Shown here piece by piece: positions 25,701 through 41,340 of a stretch of DNA of 64,000 nt. The DNA is taken from NCBI RefSeq assembly GCF_009914755.1, contig NC_060941.1. One strand, 5' to 3'. This stretch comes from the human T2T-CHM13v2.0 reference genome, Homo sapiens. Position numbers and translations under genes: made by a program. The notes below the pieces were generated by a model. That model did no database searches. It worked only from the letters and a program-made list of their open reading frames with translations, and was not told the origin of the DNA. The number at the start of each line of letters is the position of its first letter. Position 1 is the stretch's first letter.

Positions 25701-28700
25701 CATTCCAGTTGATTCCATTCCATTCCATTCCATTCTTTCTATTCCATTCAATTCGATTCGAGTCCAGTTGATTCAATTTCATTCTATTCCACTCCATTCT
25801 AAACCATTTCATTCCATTAAATTCCATTCCACTAGGCTTGATTCAATTCTGTTCCATTCCATTCCATTCCATTCCATTCCATTCCATTCCATTCCATTCC
25901 ACTAGGTTTGATTCAATTCCATTCCCTTCCGTTCCAATCCATTCCATTCCATTCTATTCCTTTAAATTCCTTTGCTTTCTACTCGGGTTGATTCTATTCC
26001 ATTCTTTTCCATTGCATTCCATACCATTCCATTCCATTCCACTCCACTCGGGTTCATCAAATTCCATTCCATTCCATTCCATTCCATTCCATTCCATTCC
26101 ATTCCAATCCATTCCACTCCAGTCGGGTTGACTCAATTCCATTCTATTCATTTCCATTCCATTCCATTCCATTGCTTTCCATTCCATTCCATTCCATTCC
26201 ATTCCATTCCATTCCATTCCATTCCATTCCTTACCTTTCCATTCCATTACATTGCATTCCATTCCACTCGGGTTGATTCCATTCCATTCCATTCCTTACA
26301 ATTCAAATCCATTCCGTTCCATTTGATTCAATTCCATTCTATTCCATTTCACTCGATTCCATTCCATTCCATTCCAATTCATTCCATTCCTTTCCACTCT
26401 GTTTGATTCCATTCCATTCCTTGCCATTCGCTTCCATTTCATCCCATTCCACTGTGGTTGATTCCATTCTATTCCATTCCATTCCATTCAGTTCCACTCC
26501 ATTCGATTCCACTTGTGTTGATTCCATTCCATTCCATTCCATTGCATTCCATTCCATTCCAGTTGATTCAATTCAATTCTATTCCATTCCATTCCATTTC
26601 TTTCCATTTCATTCCATTCCATTCCACTTGGGTTGATTCAGTTCTATTCCATTACATTAAATTCCATTCCACTTGGTTTGATTCAATTCCATTCTATTCC
26701 GTTCCATTGCACTCCATTCCATTCCATTCCATTCCATTCCATTCCATTCCATTCCACTCGATTCTGCTCCATTCCATTGCATTCCACTCGCCTTGATTCA
26801 ATTCTATTCTATTGCATTCCATTCCATTCCATTCCATTACACTCGGTTTGATTCCATTCCATTCCATTCCATTCCAGTACAGTTCATTCCATTCCATTCT
26901 ATTCCAATCCATTCCAGTTTATTCCATTCCATTCCATTCCCTTCCATTCGATTCCATTCCATTCCATTGCATACCATTCCGTTCCACTCAGATTGATTGA
27001 ATTCCAATCTATTTCATTCCATTCCATTCCATTCCACTCGGGTTGATTCCATTCCATTCCATTCCATGTCATTCCAATCCATTCCCTTCCATTGCATTGC
27101 ATTTGATTCCATTCCATTCCATTCCATTCCATTCCATTCCATTCCATTGCAATCCATTGCCCTCCATTCAATTGCATTTCACTCTCCTTGATTCAATTCT
27201 ATTCTATTCCATTCCATTCCATTCCATTCCACTCCATTACACTCGGTTTGATTCCATTCCATTCCATTCCATTCCATTCCTTTCCATTTGATTCAATTCC
27301 ATTCTATTCCATTCTTTTTCATTCCATTCCTTTCCATTCCATTCCAATCCAGTTCATTCCATTCCAGTTCATTCCATTCCGTTCCATTCCAATCCATTCC
27401 AGTTTATTCCATTCCATTCCATTCCCTTCCATTCGATTCCATTCCATTCCATTGCATACCATTCCATTACACTCAGATTGATCGAATTCCAATCTATTTC
27501 ATTCCATTCCATTCCATTCCACTCGGGTTGATTCCATTCCATTCCATTCCTTACAATTCAAATCCATTCCGTTCCATTTGATTCAATTCCATTCTATTCC
27601 ATTTCACTCGATTCCATTCCATTCCATTCCAATCCATTCCATTCCTTTCCACTCTGTTGGATTCCATTCCATTCCTTGCCATTCGCTTCCATTCCATCCC
27701 ATTCCACTCTGCATGATTCCATTCTATTCCATTCCATTCCATTCAGTTCCACTCCATTCGATTCCACGCGTGTTGATTCCATTCCATTCCATTCCATTGC
27801 ATTCCATTCCATTCCAGTTGATTCAATTCAATTCTATTCCATTCCATTCCATTTCTTTCCATTTCATTCCATTCCATTCCACTCGGGTTGATTCAGTTCT
27901 ATTCCATTCCATTAAATTCCATTCCACTTGGTTTGATTCAATTCCATTCTATTCCATTCCATTGCACTCCATTCCATTCCATTCCATTCCATTCCATTCC
28001 ATTCCATTCCATTCCATTCCATTCCATTCCATTCCACTCGATTCTGCTCCATTCCATTGCATTCCACCCGCCTTCGTTCAATTATATTCTATTCCATTCC
28101 TTTCCATTCCATTCCATTACACTCGGTTTGATTCCATTCCATTCCATTCCATTCCAATACAGTTCATTCCATTCCATTCCTTTCCAATCCATTCCAGTTT
28201 ATTCCATTCCATTCCATTCCCTTCCATTCGATTCCATTCCATTCCATTGTATATCCTTCCATTCCACTCAGATTGATTGAATTCCAATCTATTCCATTGC
28301 ATTCCATTCCATTCCATTCCACTCGGGTTGATTCCATTCCATTGCATTCCTTACAATTCAATTCCATTCCGTTCCATTTGATTCAATTCCATTCTATTCC
28401 ATTTCACTCGATTCCATTCCATTCCATTCCAATCCATTCCATTCCTTTCCACTCTGTTTGATTCCATTCCATTCCTTGCCATTCGCTTCCATTCCATCCC
28501 ATTCCACTGTGGTTGATTCCATTCAATTCCATTCCATTCCATTCAGTTCCACTCTATTCGATTCCACTCGTGTTGATTCCATTCCATTCCATTCCATTGC
28601 ATTCCATTCCATTCCAGTTGATTCAATTCAATTCCATTCCATTCCATTCCATTCCATTTCTTTCCATTTCATTCCATTCCATTCCACTCGGGTTGATTCA

Positions 28701-31700
28701 GTTCTATTCCATTACATTAAATTCCATTCCACTTGGGTTGATTCAATTCCATTCTATTCCATTCCATCGCACTCCATTCCATTCCATTCCATTCCATTCC
28801 ATTCCATTCCATTCCACTCCATTCCATTGCATTCCACTCGCCTTGATTCCATTCTATTCTATTCCATTCCATTCCATTCCATTCCATTACACTCGGTTTG
28901 ATTCCATTCCATTCCATTCCATTCCATTCCATTCCATTCCATTCCAATACAGTTCATTCCATTCCATTCCACTCCATTACACTCGGTTTGATTCCATTCC
29001 ATTCCATTCCATTGCATTCCATTCCATTCCATTCCAATACAGTTCATTCCATTCCATTCCACTCCATTTCTTTCCATTTCATTCCATTCCATTCCATTCC
29101 ATTCCATTGCATTCCATTCCATTCCATTCCATTGCATTCCATTCCATTGCATTCCATTCCATTCCATTCCATTGCATTCCATTCCATTCCATTCCATTGC
29201 ATTACAGTTGATTCCATTCCATTCCATTCCATTCTATTCCATTCAATTCCATTCGAGTCCAGTTGATTCAATTCCATTCTATTCCACTCCATTCTATTCC
29301 ATTTCATTCAATTAAATTCCATTCCACTAGGCTTGATTCAATTCTATTCCATTCCATTCCATTCCATTCCATTCCATTCCATTCCACTAGGTTTGATTCA
29401 ATTCCATTCCCTTCCGTTCCAATCCATTCCATTCCGTTCCATTCTATTAATTTCCTTTGCATTCCACTCGGGTTGATTATATTCCACTCTATTCCATTCC
29501 ATTCCACACCATTCCATTCTATTCATTCCATTCCTGTCCACTTGGGATCATCCAATTCCATTCTAATCCATTCCATTCCATTCCAATCCATTCCACTCCA
29601 GTCGGGTTGACTGAATTCCATTCTATTCATTTCCATTCCATTCCATTCCATTCCATTCCATTCCATTCCATTCCATTCCTTTCCATTGCATTCCGTTCCA
29701 TTCCAATCCTTTCCATTCCATTCCATTCCATTCCAATCGGGTTGACTCCATTCCATTCCATTCCAATCCATTCCGTTCCATTCCATTCCACTCGGGTTGA
29801 TACCAGTCCATTCCATTCCATTCCATTCCATTCCATTCCATTCCATTCCATTCGATTTCAGTTGACTCTATTCCTTTCTATTCGATTAAATGCCATTCCA
29901 TTCCATTACATTACATTCCAGTTAAATCCGTTATATTCCATTCCATTCCATTCCACTCGGGTTCATTCCATTCTGTTGTATTCCATTCCATTCCATTCTA
30001 TTCCATACCATTCCATTCCATTGCATTCCACTCGGGTTGATTCTATTCCATTCTGATCCATTGCATTCCGTTCCGCTCCGTTCCATTCCATTGCATTCCA
30101 CTCGGGTTGATTCAATTCCATTCTATTCCATTCCATTCCATTCCTTTCCACGCAAGTTGATAAAATTCCATTCTATTCCTTTCCTTTCAATTCCATTCCA
30201 TTCCTTTCCACTCTGGTTGATTACATTCCATTCCATGCCATACTATTCCACTCGGTGTGATTCCTTTCCATTCCATTCCCTTCCATTTCAATCCTTTGCT
30301 TTCCTTTCCATTCCAGTTAATACAATTCCATTCTATTCGATTCCATTCCATTCCATTCCAGTTGATTCCATTCCATTCCTTTCGATTCCATTCCATTCCA
30401 TTCCATTCCATTCCATTCCATTCCATTCCATTCCATTCCACTCGGGTTGATTCCATTCCATTCCAGTCCATTCCATTCCACTCGGATGGGTTCCATACCA
30501 TTCCATTCCATTCCTTTCCATTCCATTCCGTTCCACTCGGGTTGATTCCGTTCCAATCCATTCCATTCCAATCCATTCCTTTCCTTTCCATTCCATTCCA
30601 TTCCATTCCATTCCATTCCATTCCATTCCATTCCGTTCCAGTTGATTCAATTCCATACTATTGTATTCTTTTCTATTCTATTTGATTCCATTTCATTCCA
30701 TTCCTCTCGGATGGATTCCATACCATTCCATTCCATTCCGTTCCATTCCATTCGTGTTGTTTCCATTCCATTCCATTCCATTCCATTCGAATTCATTCCG
30801 TTCCTCTCCATGTCACTGGGATTGATTCAATTCCATTCTAATCCATTCCATTCCACTCCATTACATTCGATAACATTACATTCCACTCAGTTTGATTCAA
30901 CTCCATTCCATTCCATTCCATTCCATTCCATTCCATTCCATTCCATTCCATTCCTTTCTATTACACGGCGGTTGATTCCATTCCATTCCCTTCCATTCCA
31001 TTCCACTGGAATGGATTCAATTCCATTCTGTTCCATTCTATTCCATTCCATTCCATTCCATTCCATTCCACTCGGTTTCATTCCATTCCATTCCTTTCCA
31101 TTCCATTCCACTAGGGTTGATTTCCTTACATTCCATTCGAATCCATTCCATTCCATTCCATTCCATTCCATTCCATTCCACTCGGGTTGATTCCATTCCA
31201 TTTCATTCCTTTCCATTCCATTCCATTCCATTCCACTCGGGTTGATTCAATTCCATTCTATTCCATTCCATTCCGTTCCATTCCATTCCACTCGGGTTGA
31301 TACCAGTCCATTCCATTCCATTCCATTCCATTCCATTCGATTTCAGTTGATTCTATTCCTTTCTATTCCATTAAATGCCAATCCATTCCCTTGCATTACA
31401 TTCCAGTTAAATCCGTTATATTCCATTCCATTCCATTCCACTCGGGTTCATTCCATTCTGTTGTATTCCATTCCATTCCATTCTATTCCATACCATTCCA
31501 TTCCATTGCATTCCACTCGGGTTGATTCTATTCCATTCTGTTCCATTGCATTCCATTCCGCTCCGTTCCATTCCATTGCATTCCATTCGGGTTGATTCAA
31601 TTCCATTCTATTCCATTCCATTCCATTCCTTTCCACGCGAGTTGATAAAATTCCATTCTATTCCTTTCCTTTCAATTCCATTCCATTCCATTCCACTCTG

Positions 31701-34700
31701 GTTGATTACATTCCATTCCATGCCGTTCTATTCCACTCGGTGTGATTCCTTTCCATTCCATTCCCTTCCATTTCAATCCATTGCTTTCCTTTCCATTCCA
31801 ATTAATACAATTCCATTCTATTCGATTCCATTCCTTTCCATTCCATTCCATTCCATTCCATTCCATTCCATTCCATTCCGTTGATTCCATTGCATTCCTT
31901 TCGATTCCATTCCATTCCATTCCATTCCATTCCATTCCATTCCATTCCACTCGGGTTGATTCCATTCCATTCCAGTCCATTCCATTCCACTCGGATGGGT
32001 TCCATTCCATTCCAGTCCATTCCATTCCACTCGGATGGGTTCCATTCCATTCCATTCCATTCCTTTCCATTCCATTCCGTTCCACTCGGGTTGATTCCAT
32101 TCCAATCCATTCCATTCCAATCCATTCCTTTCCGTTCCATTCCATTCCATTCCATTCCATTCCATTCCATTCCATTCCATTCCGTTGCTTTGCACTAGTT
32201 TTGTTTCCATTCCAGTCCATTCCATTCCATTCAAATCCATTCCATTCCACTCCATTCCACTAGTTTTGATTCAATTCCATTGTATTCCATTCCATTCCAT
32301 TCCTTTCCATTCCATTACAATGCATTCCACTCAAGTTGATTCCATTCCATTCCATTCCATTCCATTGCATTCCATTCCATTGCACTCCATTCCATTCCTT
32401 TTCACTCGTGTTGATTCCATTCCGTTCCATTCCATTCCAATACATTCCATTCCATTCCATTCCATTCGATTCCATTCCACTGGGGTTGGTTCCATTGCAT
32501 TCCATTCCATTCCATACCATTCCATTCCATTCCAGTTGATGCACATACTTTCTATTCGATTCAATTCCATTCCATTCCACTCCGTTCCCTTCCATTCTAT
32601 TCCATTCCATTGCATTCCATTCCATTCCAGTTGATTCAATACCATTCTATTCCATGCAATTCCATTCGATTCCACTCCATTCGATTTCATTGCATTCCAC
32701 TCGGGTAGATTCCATTCCATTTCATTCCATTCCATTCCATTCCATTCATTTCCAGTTGATTTCCTTCCATTCCATTCCATTATATTCCACTCGGGTTGTT
32801 TCCATCGCATTCCATTCCATTCCATTCTATTCCATTCCACTCCAGTTGAATCAGTTTGATTCTATTCCATATCATTCCATTCCATTCCATTCCATACCAT
32901 TCCATTCCATTCCATTCCATTCCGTTCCAGTTGATTCAATTCCATACTATTGTATTCTTTTCTATTCTATTTGATTCCATTCCATTCCATTCCTCTCGGA
33001 TGGATTCCATACCATTCCATTCCATTCCGTTCCATTCCATTCGTGTTGTTTCCATTCCATTCCATTCCATTCCATTCCATTCGAATTCATTCCATTCCTC
33101 TCCATGTCACAGGGATTGATTCAATTCCATTCTAACCCATTCCATTCCACTCCATTACATTCGATAACATTACATTCCACTCAGTTTGATTCAACTCCAT
33201 TCCATTCCATTCCATTCATTTCTATTACACGGCGGTTGATTCCATTCCATTCCCTTCCATTCCATTCCACTCGAATGGATTCAATTCCATTCTGTTCCAT
33301 TCTATTCCATTCCATTCCATTCCATTCCACTCGGGTTCATTCCATTCCATTCCTTTCCATTCCATTCCACTAGGGTTGATTTCCTTACATTCCATTCGAA
33401 TCCATTCCATTCCATTCCATTCCATTCCATTCCATTCCATTCCATTCCATTCCACTCGGGTTGATTCCATTCCATTTCATTCATTTCCATTCCATTCCAT
33501 TCCATTCCACTCGGGTTGATTCAATTCCATTCTATTCCAATCCATTCCGTTCCATTCCATTCCACTCGTGTTGATACCAGTCCATTCCATTCCATTCCAT
33601 TCCATTCCATTCGATTTCAGTTGATTCTATTCCTTTCTATTCGATTAAATGCCATTCCATTCCATTCCATTACATTCCAGTTAAATCCGTTATATTCCAT
33701 TCCATTCCATTCCACTCGGGTTCATTCCATTCTGTTGTATTCCATTCCATTCCATTCTATTCCATACCATTCCATTCCATTGCATTCCACTCGGGTTGAT
33801 TCTATTCCATTCTGTTCCATTGCATTCCATTCCGCTTCGTTCCATTCCATTGCATTCCACTCGGGTTGATTCAATTCCATTCTATTCCATTCCATTCCAT
33901 TCCTTTCCACGCGAGTTGATAAAATTCCATTCTATTCCTTTCCTTTCAATTCCATTCCATTCCATTCCACTCTGGTTGATTCCATTCCATTTCATGCCGT
34001 TCTATTCCACACGGTGTGATTCCTTTCCATTCCATTCCCTTCCATTTCAATCCATTGCTTTCCTTTCCATTCCAATTAATACAATTCCATTCTATTCGAT
34101 TCCATTCCTTTCCATTCCATTCCATTCCATTCCATGCCATTCCAGTTGATTCCATTCTATTCCTTTCGATTCCATTCCATTCCATTCTTTTCGATTCCAT
34201 TCCTTTCCATTCCATTCCATTCCAGTTGATTCCATTCCATTCCTTTCGATTCCATTCCATTCCATTGCATTCCATTCCATTCCATTCCATTCCACTCTGG
34301 TTGATTCCATTCCATTCCAGTCCATTCCATTCCACTCGGATGGGTTCCATTCCATTCCATTCCATTCCTTTCCCTTCCATTCCGTTCCACTCGGGTTGAT
34401 TCCTTTCCAATTCATTCCATTCCAATCCATTCCTTTCCGTTCCATTCCATTCAATTCCATTCTATTCCATTCCATTCCATTCCTTTCCATTGCACTAGTT
34501 TTGTTTCCATTCCAGTCCATTCCATTCCATTCAAATCCATTCCATTCCACTCCATTCCACTAGGATTGATTCAATTCCATTCTATTCCATTCCATTCCAT
34601 TCCTTTCCATTCCATTACAATGCATTCCACTCAAGTTGATTCCATTCCATTCCATTCCATTCCATTGCATTCCATTCCATTGCACTGCATTCCATTCATT

Positions 34701-37700
34701 TGCACTCGTGTTGATTCCATTCTGTTCCATTCCATTCCAATACATTCCATTCCATTCCATTCCATTCGATTCCATTCCACTGGGGTTGGTTCCATTGCAT
34801 TCCATTCCATTCCATACCATTCCATTCCATTCCAGTTGATGCAAATACTTTCTATTCGATTCAATTCCATTCCATTCCACTCCGTTCCCTTCCATACTAT
34901 TCCATTCCATTGCATTCCATTCCATTCCCGTTGATTCAATACCATTCTATTCTGTGCAATTCCATTCGATTCCACTCCATTCGATTTCATTGCATTCCAC
35001 TCGGGTAGATTCCATTCCATTTCATTCCATTCCATTCCATTCCTTTCATTTCCAGTTGATTCCCTTCCATTCCATTCCATTATATTCCACTCAGGTTGTT
35101 TCCATCGCATTCCATTCCATTCCATTCCATTCTATTCCATTCCACTCCAGTTGAATCAATTTGATTCTGTTCCATATCATTCCATTCCATTCCATTCCAT
35201 ACCATTCCATTCCATTCCATTCCATTCCATTCCGTTCCAGTTGATTCAATTCCATTCTATTCCTTTCCATTCAATTTCATTCGATTCCATTCGATTCCAT
35301 TCCACTCCATTCCAATCTGTTCCATTCCAATGCATTCCTTTCCATTCCATGCCATGCCACTGAGGTTGATTCAATTCCATTCTATTCCATTCCATGGCAT
35401 TCCATTCCATTCCAGTTGATTCAATTCCATTATATTCCATTCCATGCCATTCCTTTCCATTCCATTCCATGCCATTCCTTTCCATTCCATTCCATTCCAG
35501 TTGAATCCTTTCCATTCCATTCCATTCCATTCCATTCCATTCCACACTGGTTGATTAAATTCCATTCCATTCCATTCCATTCCATTCCAATTGATTCAAT
35601 TCCATTCTATTTCATGTCACTCCATTCCATTGCATTCCATTGGTTTCCCTTTCATTCCATTCCACTCCACATGATTCAATTCCATTCTATTCCACTCCAT
35701 TCCATTCCAATCCATTCCAGTTGATTCAATTCCATTCTATTCAATTTCATTCCATTCCATTCCATTCCATTCCATTCCAGTTGATGCATTTCCATTGTAT
35801 TCCATTCCATTCTATTCCATTCCATTACATTCCGTTCCGTTCGTTTGATTGGCATTGCATTCCACTGCATTCCATTCCATTCCATTCCATTCTACTCGGG
35901 TTGATTCAATTCCATTCTATTGCTTTCCATTCCATTCCAATCCATTCCATTCCATTGCAGTTGATTGAATTCTATTGTAATTCATTCCTTTCCATTCCAT
36001 TCCATTCCATCCCAGTTGATTTAAGTCCATTGTATTCCATTCCATTGCATTCCATTCCATTCCAGTAGATTCAATTCCATTCTTTTCCATTCCATTCCAT
36101 TTCGTTCCATTTCATTCCATTCCATTCCACTAGATTTGATTCAGTTCTATTTCATTCCATTAAATTCCATTCCACTAGGGTTGATTTATTTCCATTCTAT
36201 TCCATTCCATCGCACTCCTTTCCATTCCATTCTATTGCATTCCATTCCGTTCCATTCCATTCCATTCCACTGCAATCCAGTTGATTCCATTCCATTCCAT
36301 TCCATTCTATTCCATTCAATTCGATTCGAGTCCAGGTGATTCAATTTCATTCTATTCCACTCCATTCTATACCATTTCATTCCATTAAATTCCATTCCAC
36401 TAGGCTTGATTCAATTCTGTTCCATTCCATTCCATTCCATTGCACTAGGTTTGATTCAATTCCATTCCCTTCCGTTCCAATCCATTCCATTCCATTCTAT
36501 TCCTTTAAATTCCTTTGCTTTCTACTCGGGTTGATTCTATTCCATTCTTTTCCATTGCATTCCATACCATTCCATTCCATTCTACTCCACTCGGGTTCAT
36601 CCAATTCCATTCCATTCCATTCCATTCCATTCCATTCCATTCCATTCCACTCCACTCGGGTTCATCCAGTTCCATTCCATTCCATTCCATTCCATTCCAT
36701 TCCATTCCATTCCATTCCATTCTATTCCTTTCCAATCCATTCCACTCCAGTCGGGTTGACTCAATTCCATTCTATTCATTTCCATTCCCTTCCATTACAT
36801 TCGATAACATTACATTCCATTCCATTCCATTCCATTCCTTTCCATTCCATTACATTGCATTCCATTCCACTCGGGTTGATTGCATTCCATTGATTCCATG
36901 TCATTCCAATCCATTCCATTCCATTGCATTCCAGTTGATTCAATTCCATACCATTCCATTCCATTCCATTCCATTCCATTCCATTCCATTCCATTGCGCT
37001 CCATTCCATTGCATTCCACTCGCCTTGATTCAATTCTATTCTATTCCATTCCATTCCATTCCATTCCATTACACTCGGTTTGATTCCATTCCATTCCATT
37101 CCATTCCAGTTGTTTCAATTCCGTTCTATTACATTCTTTTTCATTCCATTCCATTCCATTCCAATCCAGTTCATTCCATTCCAGTTCATTCCATTCCATT
37201 CCATTCCATTCCATTCCATTCCATTCCAGTTTATTCCATTCCACTCCATTCCCTTCCATTCGAGTCCATTCCATTCCATTGCATACCATTCCATTCCACT
37301 CAGATTGATTGAATTCCAATCTATTTCATTCCATTCCATTCCATTCCACTCGGGTTGATTCCATTCCATTCCATTCCTTACAATTCAAATCCATTCCTTT
37401 CCATTTGATTCAATTCCATTCTATTCCATTTCACTCGATTCCATTCCATTCCATTCCAATCCATTCCATTCCTTTCCACTCTGTTTGACTCCATTCCATT
37501 CCTTGCCATTCGCTTCCATTCCATCCCGTTCCACTGTGGTTGATTCCATTCCATTCCATTCCATTCAGTTCCACTCCATTCGATTCCACTCGTGTTGATT
37601 CCATTCCATTCCATTCCATTGCATTCCATTCCAGTTGATTCAATTCAATTCCATTCCATTCCGTTCCATTTCTTTCCATTTCATTCCATTCCATTCCACT

Positions 37701-38800
37701 CGGGTTGATTCAGTTCTATTCCATTACATTAAATTCCATTCCACTTGGTTTGATTCAGTTCCATTCTATTCCATTCCATCGCACTCCATTCCATTCCATT
37801 CCATTCCATTCCATTCCATTCCATTCCATTCCATTCCATTCCGCTCCATTCCATTGCATTCCACTCGCCTTGATTCCATTCTATTCTATTCCATTCCATT
37901 CCATTCCATTCCATTCCATTACATTACACTCGGTTTGATTCCATTCCATTCCATTCCATTCCATTCCATTCCATTCCATTCCATTCCATTCCTTTCCATT
38001 CCATTCCATTCCATTCCAATACAGTTCATTCCATTCCATTCCATTCCATTTCTTTCCATTTCATTCCATTCCTTTCCTCTCGGGTTGATTCAGTTCTATT
38101 CCATTCCATTAAATTCCATTCCACTTGGGTTGATTCAATTCCATTCTATTCCGTTCCATCGCACTCCATTCCATTCCATTCCATTCCATTCCATTCCATT
38201 CCATTCCATTCCATTCCATTGCATTCCATTCCATTGCATTACAGTTGATTCCATTCCATTCCATTCCATTCTATTCCATTCAATTCCATTCGAGTCCGGT
38301 TGATTCAATTCCATTCTATTCCACTCCATTCTATTCCATTTCATTCAATTAAATTCCATTCCACTATGCTTGATTCAATTCTATTCCATTCCATTCCATC
38401 CCATTCCATTCCACTAGGTTTGATTCAATTCCATCCCTTCCGTTCCAATCCATTCCATTCCGTTCCATTCTTTTAATTTCCTTTGCATTCCACTCTGGTT
38501 GATTCTATTCCACTCTATTCCATTCCATTCCACACCATTCCATTCTATTCATTCCATTCCAGTCCACTTGGGTTCATCCAATTCCATTCTAATCCATTCC
38601 ATTCCATTCCAATCCATTCCACTCCAGTCGGGTTGACTGAATTCCATTCCATTCCATTCCATTCCATTCCATTCCTTTCCGTTGCATTCCGTTCCCTTCC
38701 AATCCTTTCCATTCCATTCCGTTCCATTCCATTCCATTCCACTCGGGTTGACTCCATTCCATTCCATTCCAATCCATTCCGTTCCATTCCATTCCACTCG
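22730..38800 (+). repeat. ~16.1-kb super-repeat copy 1 (7.07 + 1.49 + 2.27 + 5.25 kb units)
   Basis: Marker at 23080, 30152, 31637, 33911 and 39163 (total 16083 bp). GGATCC at 25021 recurs at 41119 and ACGCGT at 27766 recurs at 43884. Confidence 0.8.
24010..25250 (+). repeat. Divergent ~1.2-kb HSat3 block with BamHI site (copy 1 of 3)
   Basis: Distinctive k-mers CCAAGTGATACAA, CATTACTCTGGGGTTG, CCTGTACATT, CGAGTTTCTTCCGTTAAA and CGGATCC (GGATCC at 25021). Confidence 0.85.
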
Positions 38801-40084
38801 GGTTGATACCAGTCCATTCCATTCCATTCCATTCCATTCCATTCCATTCCATTCCATTCCATTCGATTTCAGTTGATTCTATTCCTTTCTATTCGATTAA
38901 ATGCCATTCCATTCCATTCCATTACATTCCAGTTAAATCCGTTATATTCCATTCCATTCCATTCCACTCGGGTTCATTCCATTCTGTTGTATTCCATTCC
39001 ATTCCATTCTATTCCATACCATTCCATTCCATTGCATTCCACTCGGGTTGATTCTATTCCATTCTGTTCCATTGCATTCCGTTCTGCTCCGTTCCATTCC
39101 ATTGCATTCCACTCGGGTTGATTCAATTCCATTCTATTCCATTCCATTCCATTCCTTTCCACGCGAGTTGATAAAATTCCATTCTATTCCTTTCCTTTCA
39201 ATTCCATTCCATTCCATTCCACTCTGGTTGATTACATTCCATTCCATGCCATTCTATTCCACTCGGTGTGATTCCTTTCCATTCCATTCCCTTCCATTTC
39301 AATCCATTGCTTTCCTTTCCATTCCAATTAATACAATTCCATTCTATTCGATTCCATTCCTTTCCATTCCATTCCATTCCATTCCATTCCAGTTGATTCC
39401 ATTCCATTCCTTTCGATTCGATTCCATTCCATTCCATTCCATTCCATTCCATTCCATTCCATTCCACTCGGGTTGATTCCATTCCATTCCAGTCCATTCC
39501 ATTCCACTCGGATGGGTTCCATTCCATTCCATTCCATTCCTTTCCATTCCATTCCGTTCCACTCGGGTTGATTCCGTTCCAATCCATTCCATTCCAATCC
39601 ATTCCTTTCCGTTCCATTCCATTCCATTCCATGCCATTCCATTCCATTCCGTTCCATTGCACTAGTTTTGTTTCCATTCCAGTCCATTCCATTCCATTCA
39701 AATCCATTCCATTCCACTCCATTCCACTGGGATTGATTCAATTCCATTCTATTCCATTCCATTCCATTCCTTTCCATTCCATTACAATGCATTCCACTCA
39801 AGTTGATTCCATTCCATTCCATTCCATTCCATTGCATTCCATTCCATTGCACTGCATTCCATTCCTTTCCACTCGTGTTGATTCCATTCCGTTCCATTCC
39901 ATACCAATACATTCCATTCCATTCCATTCCATTCGATTCCATTCCACTGGGGTTGGTTCCATTGCATTCCATTCCATTCCATACCATTCCATTCCATTCC
40001 AGTTGATGCAAATACTTTCTATTCGATTCAATTCCATTCTATTCCACTCCGTTCCCTTCCATTCTATTCCATTCCATTGCATTC

Positions 40085-41340
40085 CACTCTGGTTGATTCC
40101 ATTCCATTCCATGCCATTCTATTCCACTCGGTTTGATTCCTTTCCATTCCGTTCCCTTCCATTTCATTCCATTGCTTTCCTTTCCATTCCAAGTGATACA
40201 ATTCCATTCAATTCGATTCCATTCCATTCCATTCCATTCCAGTAGATTCCATTGCATTCCTTTCGATTCCATTCCATTCCATTCCATTCCATTCCATTCC
40301 ATTCCATTCCATTCCAATCGTGTTGATTCCATTCTATTCCATTCAATTCCATTCCATTCCATTCCATTCCATTCCATTCCATTCCATTCCACTCGGGTTG
40401 ATTCCATTCCATTCCAGTCCATTCCATTCCACTCGGATGGATTCCATTCCATTCCATTCCATTCCATTCCTTTCCATTCCATTCCATTCCATTCCACTAG
40501 GGTGGATTCCATTGCACTCCATTCCAATCCATTCCATTGCTTTCATTCCATTCCACTGGGGTTGATTCCATTCCATTTCATTCCTTTCTATTTCATTCCA
40601 TTCCATTACTCTGGGGTTGATTCAATTCCGTTCTATTCCATGCCATTACATTCCATTGCATTGTATTCCATTCCATTCCATTCCATTAGGGTTAATTCAA
40701 ATCCATTCTATTCCATTCCTTTCCATTCCATTCCATTCCACTCGTGTTGATTCAATTCCATTCTATTCCATTCCATTCCATTCCATTCCATTCCATTCCA
40801 TTACATTACATTCCAGTTGATTCAATTCCATTCTATTATATGTCATTCCATTCTATTCCATTACTTTCCATTCCATTCCAATCCATTCCATTCCAGATTA
40901 TTCAATTCCATACTATTCCATTCCTGTACATTCCATTCCAGTCCATTCCATTCCATTTCATTCCATTGCATTCGAGTTTCTTCCGTTAAATTCCATTCCA
41001 TTGCATTGAATTCCATTCCGTTCCATTCCATTCCACTCGCTTTGTTTCCATTCCATTCCATTCCATTCCATTCCATTCCATTCCATTCCAGTTGATTCAA
41101 TTCCATTCTTTTCCATTCGGATCCATTCCATTCCATACAATTCCATTCCATTCCATTCCAATTGATTCCATTCCATTCCCTTCCAATCCATTGCATTCCA
41201 TTCCATTCCATTACATTCCACTCCACTCGGATTGATACAATTCCATTCTATTCCATTCCATTCCATTCCATTTAATTCCATTGGATTCCATTGCATTCCA
41301 TTCCACTTGGGTTGAATTCATTCCACTCCATTCCATTCCA
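40085..41340 (+). repeat. Divergent BamHI-containing block, copy 2
   Basis: Same distinctive k-mers as 24010-25250; GGATCC at 41119. Confidence 0.85.
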
